Source: Octopus bimaculoides (taxonomy: Eukaryota). From it: a stretch of DNA of 64,000 nucleotides. The position numbers were made by a program, and so were the translations under genes. The DNA lies in the NCBI RefSeq assembly GCF_001194135.2, contig NC_068987.1:24043913-24107912 (forward strand), given 5' to 3'. How positions within the stretch are numbered: position 1 is the first letter of the stretch; each line of letters opens with the position of its first letter. The notes under the pieces are model-generated. The model saw nothing but the letters and a program-made list of their open reading frames with translations. It was not told the origin of the DNA and ran no database searches. This document shows positions 36,520 to 49,681 of this stretch, in pieces.

Positions 36520-36959
36520 AATTACTACACAAATATTCTAAAATATTCTGTTATCAAATACCTCCATGGAGAATATTAATAAATTGCATGAATCCTCTTA
36601 ATAAATACTGAAGTTGCAATGTATTTTCTTTTGAACTAAAAAGTGATATCTGATAAAGACTGATGATGTCTCAGTCATAAAGAAACAGTTTCATGATATT
36701 TTATTTGGACAGTTTTTGTTTTTTCCTAGAGTCCATTCTTGGAATTAAAAGGCACCAGTAAACTGACTTCAGTTCTTAAGAGACACCTAGATAAACCAAG
36801 AGAAACTTCATTTTTTGAAATTATTTTTTTATTATAATTTGTTTATAAACTTCATTGCTGCTTTAGGTTACAGAGAATAGTTACTTGTATTTTTGATCAT
36901 GTCAGTCTTCAGTGTTCAAAATCTGACAAATTTCGTGAATTGGCAATGTTGCCACAAAC

Positions 36960-36974
36960 CCTGAAATAAATAAT
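36960..36974 (-). promoter_or_regulatory. Putative splice acceptor of the ZNF5 terminal exon
   Basis: tattatttatttcag with AG at 36962-36961. The flanking aaggtgaaaaggacaatg matches the ZNF4 and ZNF7 units. Confidence 0.6.
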
Positions 36975-38771
36975 ATAAGGTGAAAAGGACAATGGAAAGT
37001 TGACACAAAGGTTATTTTGAAGGTAAATCTTGACTAGAGATACTGAAATGATATGTACAGAAGAAAGGCACAATAGTATGAATATGTGTAAATGGAAGAT
37101 GTGATATTTGGAAAGGAGATAATAAATATGCTAGTGTAGAAAGAAGAGTAGGTTGTTTTTTCATAGATGTATTTACAAATAGATAATTTATGAACATAGA
37201 TCTGGATGAAAAGTAATAATTCAGTTAGTTCTATCACATTTGATGCAAGAAACACTAAAAAAAAACTATAACTAGAAATGATTATTAAATGAGAATAAAA
37301 CAATATTAATCAATGACTAATATAATTTTATTAATTATGGCATGTATAGGCAACAACTCCTGGTATATTTTGATCTTATTATGGCCTCATTAGCAAAGCA
37401 TACTGGAGTAAAAATGGAAAAATCTAAGTATATGAACAAATTTATACATTGGGTTGTGTAGGAAAATAGAGACACATCTGTTTCAGTCTTCTTTTGTAAT
37501 TTACATTACTGATATAGCCATATTAGTCTGAAACAATATCTTAGCACAAATATCTCAGAGATATTTTTTCAGCCAAAGTGTAATTATAATATCTTAATAA
37601 GACATATAAATTTATGTTAACAAACCAATTCTCATTACTATTGTAAATTCAGAAGATACCAACAACCGGCTGTGAAACACTGTTAATAAATAACAAAAGG
37701 AATCAAAGCAATTCATTTTCCAGGTGGGTTGATATTATTGCAGGCAATTTGGATGTTTGCATGGAATATGGTCTATTAAAAGGGTGACAGTTCAATAGTA
37801 ATAGTTTGGCTGTTCAGTTGGATACAACTTTTGAAAATAAAGTATCATGTGACAATGACTATATTTAGATAAACACTGCACAACACAATATTTCATCCTC
37901 ATCCTCATCACCACCACCACCATCAATTGCATCTATTTTCCATGATGGCATAGAACAGACAGGCTATCATGGTTTGAGTCAATTCTTCTTTCGAGTCACT
38001 GCTCTTCTAGATGGGGTTAGAGGATCATGTCTTACTCATACTTTTCTCCTGTCCTAACAGAACCAACTTATAAAGTGCACTGGGTGAGTTTTATCATGAC
38101 ACCGAGAGGTTGTCATGTCTTTGAGGCAACTAAAGAGTGGTCTCAATTATGACATGTCTGGTTTTTGAACTGAATATATCGAATTTCTTCTGGTCTCTTG
38201 GGTATTGTGCACTTAAAGATATGGAGAGGTGGTCAGAGAAATGTTACTGGAGACTAGAGATTGGTAAGACCATCGCTACACATTAAACAAGCAAAGTGAT
38301 CACCTAAGGCATTAAAATCTGGAGATGCCAGAAAAAGAAAATAAAAATGTTACAAATATTATCTTTTATCTTTGGTATTTGTATCCATATCTGTTGACAA
38401 AGAATTGCTGTGGTTGTTTGAACAGTGTTTTAGTAGAAAACTTAATCATTACTAGTTAAACTACTGATGCAGTATTGTTCACTATATATGCAGTTGTACC
38501 TGGCTGTATTCAATAAACAGTCATAACTAGAAGAGTGCAGTCATTGTAGAGCTAGCCTAATACTCTAGGACCACTCAGGACATTGGAATGCATATTATAT
38601 ATTCCGATGATGATGATGATTATCAGAATAATGCTTGGGAAACATGAAGGAACAGGTGATATGTTGTGTGCAACAATGAAATTGTACATTACATTGATAA
38701 AGTATAAGTGAATGTATGCTAAAAGATATAAAACTTAATAGATTTTCATTGAATTATTCTCTATTAATAGA

Positions 38772-38885
38772 TGCAGGCATGGCTGTGTGGTAAGAAGTTT
38801 GCTTCCCAATCACATGGTTCTAGTCCAGTCCCATAGCATAGCACCTGGCTGACAAAAGCTTTATGAGTGGATTTGGTATACAGAA
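38772..38885 (+). mobile_element. tRNA-derived SINE head, internally deleted
   Basis: gcaggcatggctgtgtggtaagaagtttgcttcccaatcacatggttc...gagtggatttggta. Confidence 0.75.
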
Positions 38886-40299
38886 ATTAGTTATAAAGAT
38901 TCATTAGAAACTAAGCTCATTGATATGTAGGATGCCAGAAATGACTAGGCACAATAACATAGTGCTTACAGTGAAGTAAACAACAACAAAGACATCAAAT
39001 GTTGGTAGGATACTGTAGCTCTGCATGTACCAAATCCAATTTAAACTATTGATCCGACTCAGCGGTTGGTCCTTACTGTGGTCTAGGTATAAAAAATAAA
39101 CACAAATGGTATTTAAAATTTACAACAGCTGATTTGGTTGAATTTTATTAATAGGATCATGTCTTACATAAAACTCACAATCATCAGGTAAAATTTTAAA
39201 CAGGTGAGATTTCTTACATTGATCTGGACAAATCCAACATTACTAGGATCAGTAACTCATTCAAACTTAACATTTGAATATATAGAATAATTAGGTGTGG
39301 GTAAATAAGAAACAAAGGGATCAAACAACCATACTATTTAAATTCACCTATCTGAATTACTCATGTTGAAATAGTTTAAGAATCCAGAAACATATTGTAG
39401 CCATAAGTCGTAATTAAATGGTCATCAAAACTAAGCAGGCATTTTCTCAGTTAAAAGAGATAATTTACATGGTTCCTAGCAGACAGAAAACATAAAACTG
39501 TCATCAACTTTTGCCCTAATCTCTCCAATTTACGCACAATAGATACACAGACACACGTATATATATAATTAATCCAATAGGATAAAATCTTTTATAAGAA
39601 TTTTATCAAGTAGTTAGCGTGAAAAAACTCATAAGGGAAAAAATCCATCATTTATTCCACTAGAATATATTTATTTATATTTATATAAGGGCATTACTAT
39701 ATTATGGTAGTTTTAGCGTGAGGCATTCTTCTATAGTAATGCCCTTTTATATATATATATATACATATGCATAGAGATATACTCCAAAGTATGGGTGTTT
39801 GATCTCTTTGTTTCTTATTGGCCTGTTTTAAGCCATAACCTCTAATTATCCTTTATATTCAAAAGTTAACCCTCTCAGACCTGGGCACCAGTGTTAAACT
39901 TTACCTTCCACCTGGGCCCCTGAGTACAGAAATTAATAGTTCCATACATAGCTCAAGAGTAATGATTGGAGGCTAACTAAAGGATAGAATTGGCTGCATC
40001 TTATTTCTCTGCGTGTGTTGTCCATTACTGAGAATATGGCAGAGATAACATTTAACCTATTCCTGCAATAGCAGGAATACGGCGTGACAGGGTTAAGTTT
40101 CAATGAACCACTGATCCAACAGACGTTAGATTTGTTCAGATCGATGTAAGAAATCTCACCTGTTAACAATTTTACTTGATGATTGTCTATTATGTGTTAT
40201 GATGTAATCTTCAATGAATGCATTAATAAAATTCTACTGAAACAGCTGTCGTATATTTTGAATATCATTTTTGTTTACTTTATATGTACGTATATATCT

Positions 40300-40500
40300 A
40301 TGTATCTGTGTTTGTCCCCAACAACCATTGTTGGTGTGTTTACGTCCTGGTAATTAACGGGTGGGGAAAAGATTCCGATAAAATAAATACCAAGCTTAAA
40401 AAAGAAAACAAGTACAGATGTCGATTCGTTCGACTAAAAATTCTTCCAGGCGGTTTCCTGCACGGCCGCAGTCTAATAACTGAAACAGGTAAAAGAATAT
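40300..40500 (+). mobile_element. SINE 3' segment
   Basis: gtgtttgtcccc...ggtgtgtttacgtcc...gtcgattcgttcgactaaaa...ggccgcagtctaataactgaaacaggtaaaag; the reverse complement resembles 44290-44460. Confidence 0.6.
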
Positions 40501-40759
40501 GTTACGAAATGCACATGTGATCAGAGATTAAAGAGAAAAGGAACTACAAATAACGACAAAAAATAAATGTCTTTAATTACATTTTACTGCCATATATTAA
40601 AGTGAATTTAATAAGCACACTGAACAAAAAGTAAACGTATGTATTCATACTGATCGTCAGAAGAGAAACTACTCAGATATCCAAAATATATGAACACTGA
40701 CTACAAACTGATGTGATTGCAACAAAAATCAGGAGAGAGAGAGAGAGAGAGAAAAACCA

Positions 40760-41146
40760 ATGGAAAATATGTTACAATTAATAACAAATACTTTAATGTT
40801 ACCGTACTGGTAAATGGCTTCTAAAAGTGAGCATCACTGATGTTTCACTTGTAAATAGAGATTACACCTGAATGTAAACAACACCTCATCATCGTGAGGT
40901 GTTTATATATTGTGGTTTGTTAAAACAAAGGATTCTGCACTAGAAATACTAAAATATCATATTCAATAATTGGCGACTAACAATACATCAACTTACTGTT
41001 TTCTTTCCAACTATATCGGTCTGGTGATACATTTTCAGTCACTATTTCTACCTCTGACAAAACAAACTTGACGGATAGCAAAACAAACTGATATTCTTTT
41101 AAACAAAACTAAATGACATTAATTCATGAGCCGTACTTTCGTAAAA
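40760..41146 (-). promoter_or_regulatory. Conserved upstream non-coding module, copy 4 (ZNF5 unit)
   Basis: gagattacacctgaatgtaaacaacacc...ctagaaatactaaaat...caacttactgttttc...GCCGTACTTTCGTAAAA (41130-41146). Confidence 0.65.
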
Positions 41147-42344
41147 TCGTTTTTTAAAAATTATTTTCCACAATAATAATCAGTATATTGATGCAGGAAA
41201 CACTGTACATAAAATTCCCTTTCTATATAATCTAAATATAAAGACTGTTACATTTCGATCAGTGATAACATTTAATTTACTAAGAATGATAAACAATATA
41301 GTTAAGTTGTGCATATTAACTTAGTTATCTTAAAAATTCTGCAGGGTGAAGAAAAATCGATATCAGTTAATGAGTTAAATTATTTTCGTTTTACATGTAA
41401 GCACACAGGAAACTGACGATACGAATGAAGTTGTATAAGAAACATCTAACATTAAAAACTCTTTATATACTTATTGCCAATTTTGGTTTTATTCTCAAGG
41501 AATTTGCTGTTGAAAATATCATTCATCTGTTCCACTGACTCACATTCCGACCCCACATTTGATAAGTGACTTCTGTCTTCAACAGTTACAAAATGTCACT
41601 AAAGTTTTATTGTGAATTATAGAAAATTTGTTCAAATAGTTATTCTATTTTAAGCTAGAAGTGAACTAACAGAAGCTTACACAGTACACAGGTAGTGAGA
41701 CATTTTAGGGAGCAGAGGAGATGGATATATGCTTATTAGAATAGAAGCTGATATGCCTGCAACAGATGAACGCATTGAATTGTGCTTGTTTAAGAGTTCT
41801 CACCCTTCCTCATTTTGAGAGTAATTTTCATTAATGTTGATGACTTTCATTTTCATTAGGATTTGTAGCGGCACAAGCAGTCAGCGCCATATTGGGTGAG
41901 ATCTTGCGGCAGCCATTGCCATCTCCAAGACTGGAGCAAGACCTCACCTGCATCCATTTGCCATGGGCGAGCTCACAATGAGGCTCGCAATGGCAAACTA
42001 TATAAAGGGAAGAAACCACGAGGTTCGATCTCTTTTCCCACTGCGGCCCGCTTGCAGAGCACACTTCACTGGCTGGGCCTCTAGGCTAATCTGCTTGTCG
42101 CATCTCCTGAGGCAATGGGCCCATGTAACGGAGAACGATGAATTCACACCGCATAAGATGGCTGCAAAGAGTAACATACCACACCTTTGTATATATTGTA
42201 AATAAAACTAATGGAAAATCAAACCTCCTCATACTCTACTTTTTATTGTATTGTTTTATTTTACCCTCCTCCTTTACCTTCCTACTAATGGTGTTACCCT
42301 GTTATCTTACTCTATTCTAGCAATGTTACTTGAGATACACCGAT

Positions 42345-42620
42345 GATGTCAGTTGTCCATGCTGACATGGGTTGGACAGTTTGACCAGGACTGGTAAGTT
42401 GGAAGGCTAGACTCCAGTCTGATTTGGCATGGTTTTCTACGGCTGGATGCCCTCCTAACGCCAACCACTCCAAGAGTGTAATGGGTGCTTTTACATGCCA
42501 CTGGCACGGGTGCCATTTGCATGACATTTGCGGTATCTGCCGCGACTGCAATTTGGTCGGCTTGATGGGTCTTCTTCTCAAGCACAACATAATGCCAAAG
42601 GTCTCAGTCATTGGCTCTGT
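42345..42620 (-). mobile_element. RTE-related 3' repeat
   Basis: tccatgctgacatgggttggacag...ggctggatgccctcctaacgccaaccactccaagagtg belongs to the 28762 family. Confidence 0.7.
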
Positions 42621-44289
42621 AAGGCCCAAAATATCTATACATATTCATATATATATATATATGTTATATCATATATACATATATATCATATATATATTTG
42701 TACTTTCTTTTCCTACTGCCTCTTTTACCTTTCTGGCAGTTAATGATGACAATGATGCAACCTCTGTCATTTTCGAAGATAACTTCAACAACCTCATAAT
42801 CTATGAAGTACTTTCACATCAACCACAACTCATGGTCTGAACATTTCAGCATTCCTTGATGAAACTGTAAACCTTCTCTCTTTTTGTCACTTGTTTTACT
42901 AACCACCTCTACATCTGAACACACATGTGAATCCATTACAAATACATTTTTCCAGCCCATTTGCACAACAAAATTATCATAAATATGGCCATTACATTTT
43001 GGACACATCTGGCCCTCCGTGGTATTGTGGTTGACATAAGTATAGTTTTACAGTATATCCTTTGTCATTCTCTACTTAAACAGTAATTACAAATTTCTTT
43101 CTATTGGCAAGGCATATTCCAATACACTTCATATCTACAATTTAACTTAGTTTCTTTGTATCATTCAGTGTTACCCACTTTTTCCATCACTGGTCACCCC
43201 TCTGACCTACCCATCTCTTCTCATCTTTACACTCTTACAGCTTCTACCCACTCACAATTCATGGTCTCCTATGTCAATCCACTTCTGTTCACCTTGTATC
43301 TTGATGGTCAACTCTAACTTCATTTTATCTCTTTCCAGCTCTACTCTGGCCACTCCCATCCTCTCTTCTATAATGTGAGTAGCTGTGTAACTTTTCAACA
43401 GCAAGAAACCTGTTCTGTTCTGGTCCCTTCATCCTATAGCATGAAGCTGCCTCCCTCTCTACTGAAGTCCTGCCAGCTCAGCCAAAGGAATGGAGAATGC
43501 AGGGTAACCACACTAGTGCTAGTGCCATGAAAATAGTACTAAGTACATGCTGTAAGTGGTTGACATTAGGAAGGGAATCCAGCCATAGGAACCATACCAA
43601 AACATATACTGGAGCACGATGCAGCTTTTGGACCCATCAGATCCTGTCAAACTGTCCAATTTATACCAGCATAGAACACAGACTTTTAATTTTGATGATG
43701 ATAATGATGTTGATTACCAAAACTGTCACCTCATCTACTTAGCTATTTCACCATTGTCTATGCTTCGCTGGTGTGGGAATTTACCTTACATAACCTGCCA
43801 ACCTACTGCACATATAAAAAAAGGTAATATATCTATACAGTTTGGTATGAACAGAAAAAAGAGGGAAGAATTCTATGTACATCTCTTTCTTGTTGGAATA
43901 TTGATCAGTAACTGTGCACTCACTCTGTATTCAAACTGTTAAATATGCAAACTAATTGAGCCTGTTTGCCTTTACCTCTAAAATTAATAGGCTTATAAGC
44001 AGTGTGTTTGAATTAGAGGGAGTGCTCAGTTGCTTACAAATGCAGTGTATAGATATATTGTTTGTATTCATCATAACACATAGTGATAGCTATTAAATCT
44101 ATAGATATGTTCTATTGCACATAATAGCAAGATCTTCACTGTTTTTCTCCACTTGGTATAATCCGCCATTTTTGCTTTTGGCGCTCTCTTCTAGCAATGA
44201 TATAAAATTTCAGCAGTGATCTGGGAACTATTTTAAATACATTGCCCTCTATATTTTGTGCAATACTCCAAAATACATTTTATTGTTTG

Positions 44290-44545
44290 GTATTTTTTAC
44301 TTGTTTCCGTCACAAGACTGAGGCTATGCTCAGACATACTCTTGAGGAATTTACTCAATTAAATCAACCACAGTACATATTTTAAAGTCTCATACATATT
44401 CTATCAATCTCTTTTTGCCAAATTGGTACATTATAGGGGCATAAACAAAACAACACAGTTTGTTAAATAGCGAGAGACAAACACTACATGCACAAACCCA
44501 CAACAGATTTTAGCAGCACAGTTTCTACCTACAAAATATACTTCG
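44290..44545 (-). mobile_element. Degenerate SINE 3' segment
   Basis: Reverse-complement similarity to 40300-40500. Confidence 0.5.
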
Positions 44546-44662
44546 AATGCATTTAGTCAACCAGTGCTTTTTAATCACATAACCAAGTTAACAGAAAAAT
44601 TTTATTTTACTTTACTTCCCATTTTGCATTGCAAATGCAGCCCATCCTCTGTGTGTGTGTGT

Positions 44663-44739
44663 GTGTGTGCATGCTTGCATTTATGTGTGTGCATGCTTGC
44701 ATTTATGTGTGTGCATGCTTGCATTTATTTGTGTGCATG
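44663..44739. repeat. 22-bp minisatellite (gtgtgtgcatgcttgcatttat) x3 plus a partial unit
   Basis: Units start at 44663, 44685 and 44707. Confidence 0.9.
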
Positions 44740-45143
44740 TATATGTGTATATATAATGATGACAAATGTCTGTGTAACCAGAGTAGATAAAGTGAATCAT
44801 TTAAAAATATAACTACCATATATTTTTAATCATTAATAATTGTATAGAAAGGTTTATACATATAAATAAAGTTTTATTCTAAAACATTCATTTTCTTCAT
44901 ATTTACAATAATTTTCAACCTGATAAATGGGTAAAATGATAAGTGTAAATTTACATTCAGTTCTATTACCATGTTTTAGAACATTCTGGAAAAAATCTTT
45001 TAAAAAAAATGTGTAGTTTATGTTAATGAAAATATCATTTTTGTCCATTTTCATTGTATTATCTGTATCACAAAAATTCCCTTGTGACTTCATGACATAA
45101 TAATTTGTGATAAGTCTGCAAAATAATTCTATTCTTTTATTGT

Positions 45144-46355
45144 TTATTGTCCATGTGCCTTTCCTTTATGATGAGTCAAGCTCCTACTCTCAGAGTAAGT
45201 TTTACCACAAATATCACAATGATACGGTTTTACACCTGTGTGAACAGGTTTGTGACGATTTAAATTCTGATTGTCAGCATATGATTTACCACAAATATCA
45301 CAGCTGTATGGTCTTTCACCTGTGTGACCACGTACATGGAGTGTTAAATGACCTTTTTGAGAGAAGGATTTACCACAGATATCACAGTGAAATGGATTCT
45401 CACCAGTGTGAACACGCACATGTTGAATTAAATGACCGTGCTGAGAGAATGTTTTCCCACAGATATCACAGTGGTATGGTTTCTCACCAGTATGCATACG
45501 TATATGCTTAGTTAATCCACTGCTGGCAGAGAATGTTTTGCCACATATATCACAGGGGTATGGTTTCTCACCTGTGTGAATACGTACATGTTGAGTTAAA
45601 TGACCATTCAGAGAGAATGTTTTGCCACAAATTTCACAATGATACGGGCTGTCACCTGTGTGCACACGTACATGCCTAGTTAATGTACTATTGTTTGAGA
45701 ATGTTTTTCCACAGATATCACAGCAGTATGGGTTGTCACCTGTGTGCAGGCGTAGGTGTCTAGATAATATACTATTGTTTGAGAATGTTTTTCCACAGAT
45801 ATCACAATAAAATGGTTTATCTCCTGTGTGAACTTGTTTGTGATTAGTTAACTTATTACACACAGAGAAGGTTTCACCACAAATATCACAATGGTATGGT
45901 TTCTCACCAGTGTGTATACGTTTGTGAACAGTCAAATTACTTCTAACAGAGAATGTTTTCCCACATTCATCACAATGAAAAGGATTCTCACCTGTGTGAA
46001 TACGTATATGTTGAGTTAAATGACCGTTCTGAGAGAATGTTTTACCACAGGTGTCACAGTGATATGGTTTCTCACCTGTGTGCATGCGTATGTGTTTAGT
46101 TAATCCACTTTTATCAGTGAATCTTTTTCCACAAATATCACAGTGGTATGGTTTCTCACCAGTGTGCATACGTATGTGTGTGGTTAATCTACTACTTTCA
46201 GAGAATGTTTTACCACAGATATCACAGTGATATGGGTTGTCACCAGTGTGCACACGTACATGTTTACTTAATGCGCTATTGCCAGAGAATGTTTTCCCAC
46301 AGACATCACAGTGGAATGGTTTCTCACCCATATGAGTACCTTTGTAATTAGTCAT
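45144..46355 (-). CDS. C2H2 zinc-finger protein ZNF6, leaderless, 14 fingers, 403 aa
   Basis: The ORF starts at the Met of a truncated finger ([23 protein letters not shown]). An in-frame TAA lies just upstream of that finger. Confidence 0.92.
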   Translation of the reverse strand: MTNYKGTHMGEKPFHCDVCGKTFSGNSALSKHVRVHTGDNPYHCDICGKTFSESSRLTTHIRMHTGEKPYHCDICGKRFTDKSGLTKHIRMHTGEKPYHCDTCGKTFSQNGHLTQHIRIHTGENPFHCDECGKTFSVRSNLTVHKRIHTGEKPYHCDICGETFSVCNKLTNHKQVHTGDKPFYCDICGKTFSNNSILSRHLRLHTGDNPYCCDICGKTFSNNSTLTRHVRVHTGDSPYHCEICGKTFSLNGHLTQHVRIHTGEKPYPCDICGKTFSASSGLTKHIRMHTGEKPYHCDICGKTFSQHGHLIQHVRVHTGENPFHCDICGKSFSQKGHLTLHVRGHTGERPYSCDICGKSYADNQNLNRHKPVHTGVKPYHCDICGKTYSESRSLTHHKGKAHGQ

Positions 46356-46516
46356 AGTATCTCTTTTGGGGAATGTTTTTCCACAGACATCACAGGAGTA
46401 TAATCTATAATCTTTTTATAAACTTGGTTTCAATTTCACAGGAACTTAACCAATGTTATAAAAACAGTTAATCAAATGATTAAAAAACAGTTCTTCTGCG
46501 TCTTCTGTCTTTAAAA

Positions 46517-46591
46517 TCAGACAAATTTCTTGATATCTCTTGAATCAGCAATTCCCATCTCAATGTTAACACAGACTCTGAAGTAAAGAAC
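46517..46591 (-). promoter_or_regulatory. Putative splice acceptor and 13-codon uORF of ZNF6
   Basis: ttctttacttcag with AG at 46579-46578; uORF MGIADSRDIKKFV* at 46558-46517. Confidence 0.62.
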
Positions 46592-47134
46592 AATGAAAAA
46601 TAAAGAACAAGAAAATAATGTACAAAAAAAACAATGAAAAGTTAACGTAGAGGTTATTAAACTGAAGAGATTATCAAGAGAGGTTGATAGGCAGAATAAT
46701 AAAAATAAGAAAATATCTACAGAGGGAAGATGCAGTACTCTAGCTTTGTAATGTAAATGGATGATATAATGTGTGGATGAAGACTTTAGAAACAAGATGG
46801 TAGGCTGATTGAACTAACAAATGGCAAAGGCATACATATATAAAGTAGTGGGTTGAAAAAGTTTGGTTAACCAATATTGTTCCTGAAGTTACACAAAATT
46901 CTCTCAAAAGGTTACTTAAAAGATCTAAAATCAGGCAAGAGAGATAATACCTACAAGATCAGCAAATCAAAATTTTTAGGAAATACAATGCATTAAAAAT
47001 GTGAGTGGAGTTGGTCTTTGAAACCAACTGGTGAAAGTAACAAATGTTTGTCTTATTAATCCTCCTCAGTGAAGCATACTCAACTCAGCTGGCAACAAGA
47101 CTTAGTGTGTGTGTGTGCATATAGCCATAGATAT

Positions 47135-47805
47135 AACTGTGAGGTTAAGTTCACTTCACAACCATGTAGTTTCAGGTTCAGTCCCACTATACTTAGTGCA
47201 AGCATCATCTATTATAGCCCTGGGCTGATCAAAGCCTTTTCAGTGAATTTGGTAGAGGGAAAAACTGAAAAAAAGTCAGCTTTATATTTGTGCATGCATG
47301 CCTCTGTGTACATGTGTGTGCATCTATATGCAAGTGGGTGAGCATGCATGTGTGTGTGTGTCTCCTTGACATTGCATGCTAATTGTAAACAAATGTCACA
47401 ATCACACAAGCAGTTTTGTCTGTTTTCAATTTTCCTTGAAAACACGTCTGGACTTCTGTCACCTCTCTGCCATCTGAGTCATATTACCTCAAAAATTGGT
47501 ACCCATCTCAGAATACTGTGTACTTTTATCACTCATCCCTCTCATCACTATTGTTCATACCTCTCACTTTGTAAAAAGGCAAATGAGCAAGCAGAGATGT
47601 GGAGCTGTGAGATCCCTCTAGTCATGAAAAAGCACCCAGAATACGCTGTGAAGTGGTTAACGTTAAGAAGGGTAAGAAGTGTAAAAACCATGGCAAAGCA
47701 GACATTGCAGCCTGATACAATCTTCAGACCTGTTGGATCCTATCAAATCGTCCAACCTACGCCGGTGTGGAACGTGAACGTTAAATGATGATTATGTTGA
47801 TGATG
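47135..47805 (+). mobile_element. Degenerate composite SINE pieces (tRNA-like head and RTE-like tail)
   Basis: Head at 47135-47290, microsatellite, then tail remnants ending ggaacgtgaacgttaaatgatg near 47790. Confidence 0.5.
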
Positions 47806-48699
47806 CATACATGGTCAGTGTGATGTGATATTTGATTTTCACCTTGAAATAACTTTATAAGGTTACTGAATAATACATATGTTGCAATACTTCATCGTTA
47901 TCATTTTCACATTTTACTAGTAACAAGTTTGACAATGACTGAGGACGGCATTTCTAAACTGACTATCAGCGCCTGCTTCGATTTAGTTGGGAAAATACAC
48001 TCAAAAAAACTAGGGAACCTCAAAAGTACAGTGCACCTCCATTAATTAAACTAGATAAATTCAAGTTCTACCATAGAAAGTACTAAACAAGACAGTAATG
48101 CCTGAACATTGCGTTTTTGATTTAGTGGAGTGGTAGTTAATTAAAAATGTTGGATAGAGAAAGTAAACGACAGCAAACACCATCATAATAGAGAGAGATG
48201 CCGGGAAAACGTATAATGTAAGTTCTGTTGTTTATGACAATAACAAAATATACTTAGTTAGGTGCTAAAAACAGATGAAGGAAACGTGGGTCAAGCGAGT
48301 CTTTTATTTACTATCTCATATTCGAGGAGTTTATGACAGAACCAGTTTAAAACAGGCATATTCAGTAATACACAAGAGGCGATTGCCAAAATGCACAAAT
48401 TAAAAATACAATGACTTTTATGCAAAAAATAAAGGAGAGCAAATATGTTTTCAATCACTTTTCACAGACATTTTTACTAATAAGGTTAATATTTTTGATG
48501 TATAAAACACTTCTGCGCTTCAAGGTAGGTTGTTGTTTCATTAAAATGAATAAACACAAAATACAAGACAAACCTATATAATTATAAACAAACTGAATGT
48601 TCAAAATATATCGAGACTGACAGCGAGCTAATTCGATTGAAACGAAACTAAAATCTAAGAGAGCAAAACAAAGAGAATTTGTTATTATTGCAACAATCT

Positions 48700-49084
48700 A
48701 TCACAGATAGTTAACAAATACTGGAATGTCACCATGCATAATGTTAGCTAAATAGTTTCTAAAACTGAATATTGCTAATGTTTACATTTAAACAGATTAA
48801 ACCTGAACGTAAATCGCATCACACGATCAAAACATCATATTGTGGATTGTTACAAGAGACGTTTTCATTAGAAATAATTAGCTACTGAAAACACACCAAC
48901 TTACTGTTTTTTAATCTTTTTCTCATTATTTGGTGTTATAATATTGAGAGATAATTTGATCTATGGATCTATAGACACAATATACTTACTATCTGTCCAA
49001 TAAACCATCTTTACAGATTCACAGAACCCAAGTGATATACTTCCATGCAGACTTAATCAAATCTTCAGCCGTACTTTCGTAAAA
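48700..49084 (-). promoter_or_regulatory. Conserved upstream non-coding module, copy 5 (ZNF6 unit)
   Basis: cagattaaacctgaacgtaaatc...caacttactgttttt...aaatcttcaGCCGTACTTTCGTAAAA (49068-49084). Confidence 0.65.
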
Positions 49085-49202
49085 ACGGATCTCTCTCTCT
49101 TCTTCCTTTCTCTTAACCAGTACACCAATATTAAAATGTGTAGCTGAAATTTATTTCTCCAAGTGTCTATTGTGGTGTATGCGTGCGAGTAAAAGTAATT
49201 GG

Positions 49203-49325
49203 CTTACCTCGTTTTCCTTCTTTTGCACGAGTCTGTTCTGCGGTATCCGATCCTCGCGACCCGAAGAACACTAGAAATAGCAGCTGCTTCTCCCAACACC
49301 TAGACGATCGCTTGGCACGTTCTCA
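49203..49325 (-). promoter_or_regulatory. Candidate non-coding first exon and splice donor (GAG/GTAAG) of ZNF6
   Basis: CpG-rich ~120-bp segment ending in a consensus donor (GT at 49207-49206), ~120 bp upstream of the conserved motif. Confidence 0.45.
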
Positions 49326-49681
49326 ATCATCAAACAGATAGAGTACTTATGCTGTAATTGGGTGATCCTACTTATATCGAAGTTTTGCCCTGTAATTGTA
49401 TATTTCATGATTTCAGAGTTGCACTTTTCTTTCTATTTTAAGAGGGGTCAAAATTTTCGTCACATTACTGCGACCTGTCACTCACAAAGTTCCACTGCAG
49501 ATGTTTAAAAGCCCTTTTTTTCTCTCTCCCTTTCCCTTGTTATACTTACACAGATATAAATCTGTTGTACAGATGTTTGATCTTTTGGAACTAGTCACTT
49601 CTGGGTTCTAGTCTATACTGGCTTATCTATTGCAAATATCAGTTATGCACTATGGTGAAAACGTTATTAATCAAGGAATAG

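Noticed and set aside
28237-46795. ORFs 28237-28566 and 46517-46795 as membrane proteins
   Set aside because: Their hydrophobic parts are translated polypyrimidine intron sequence; only the part after the acceptor is homologous between units.
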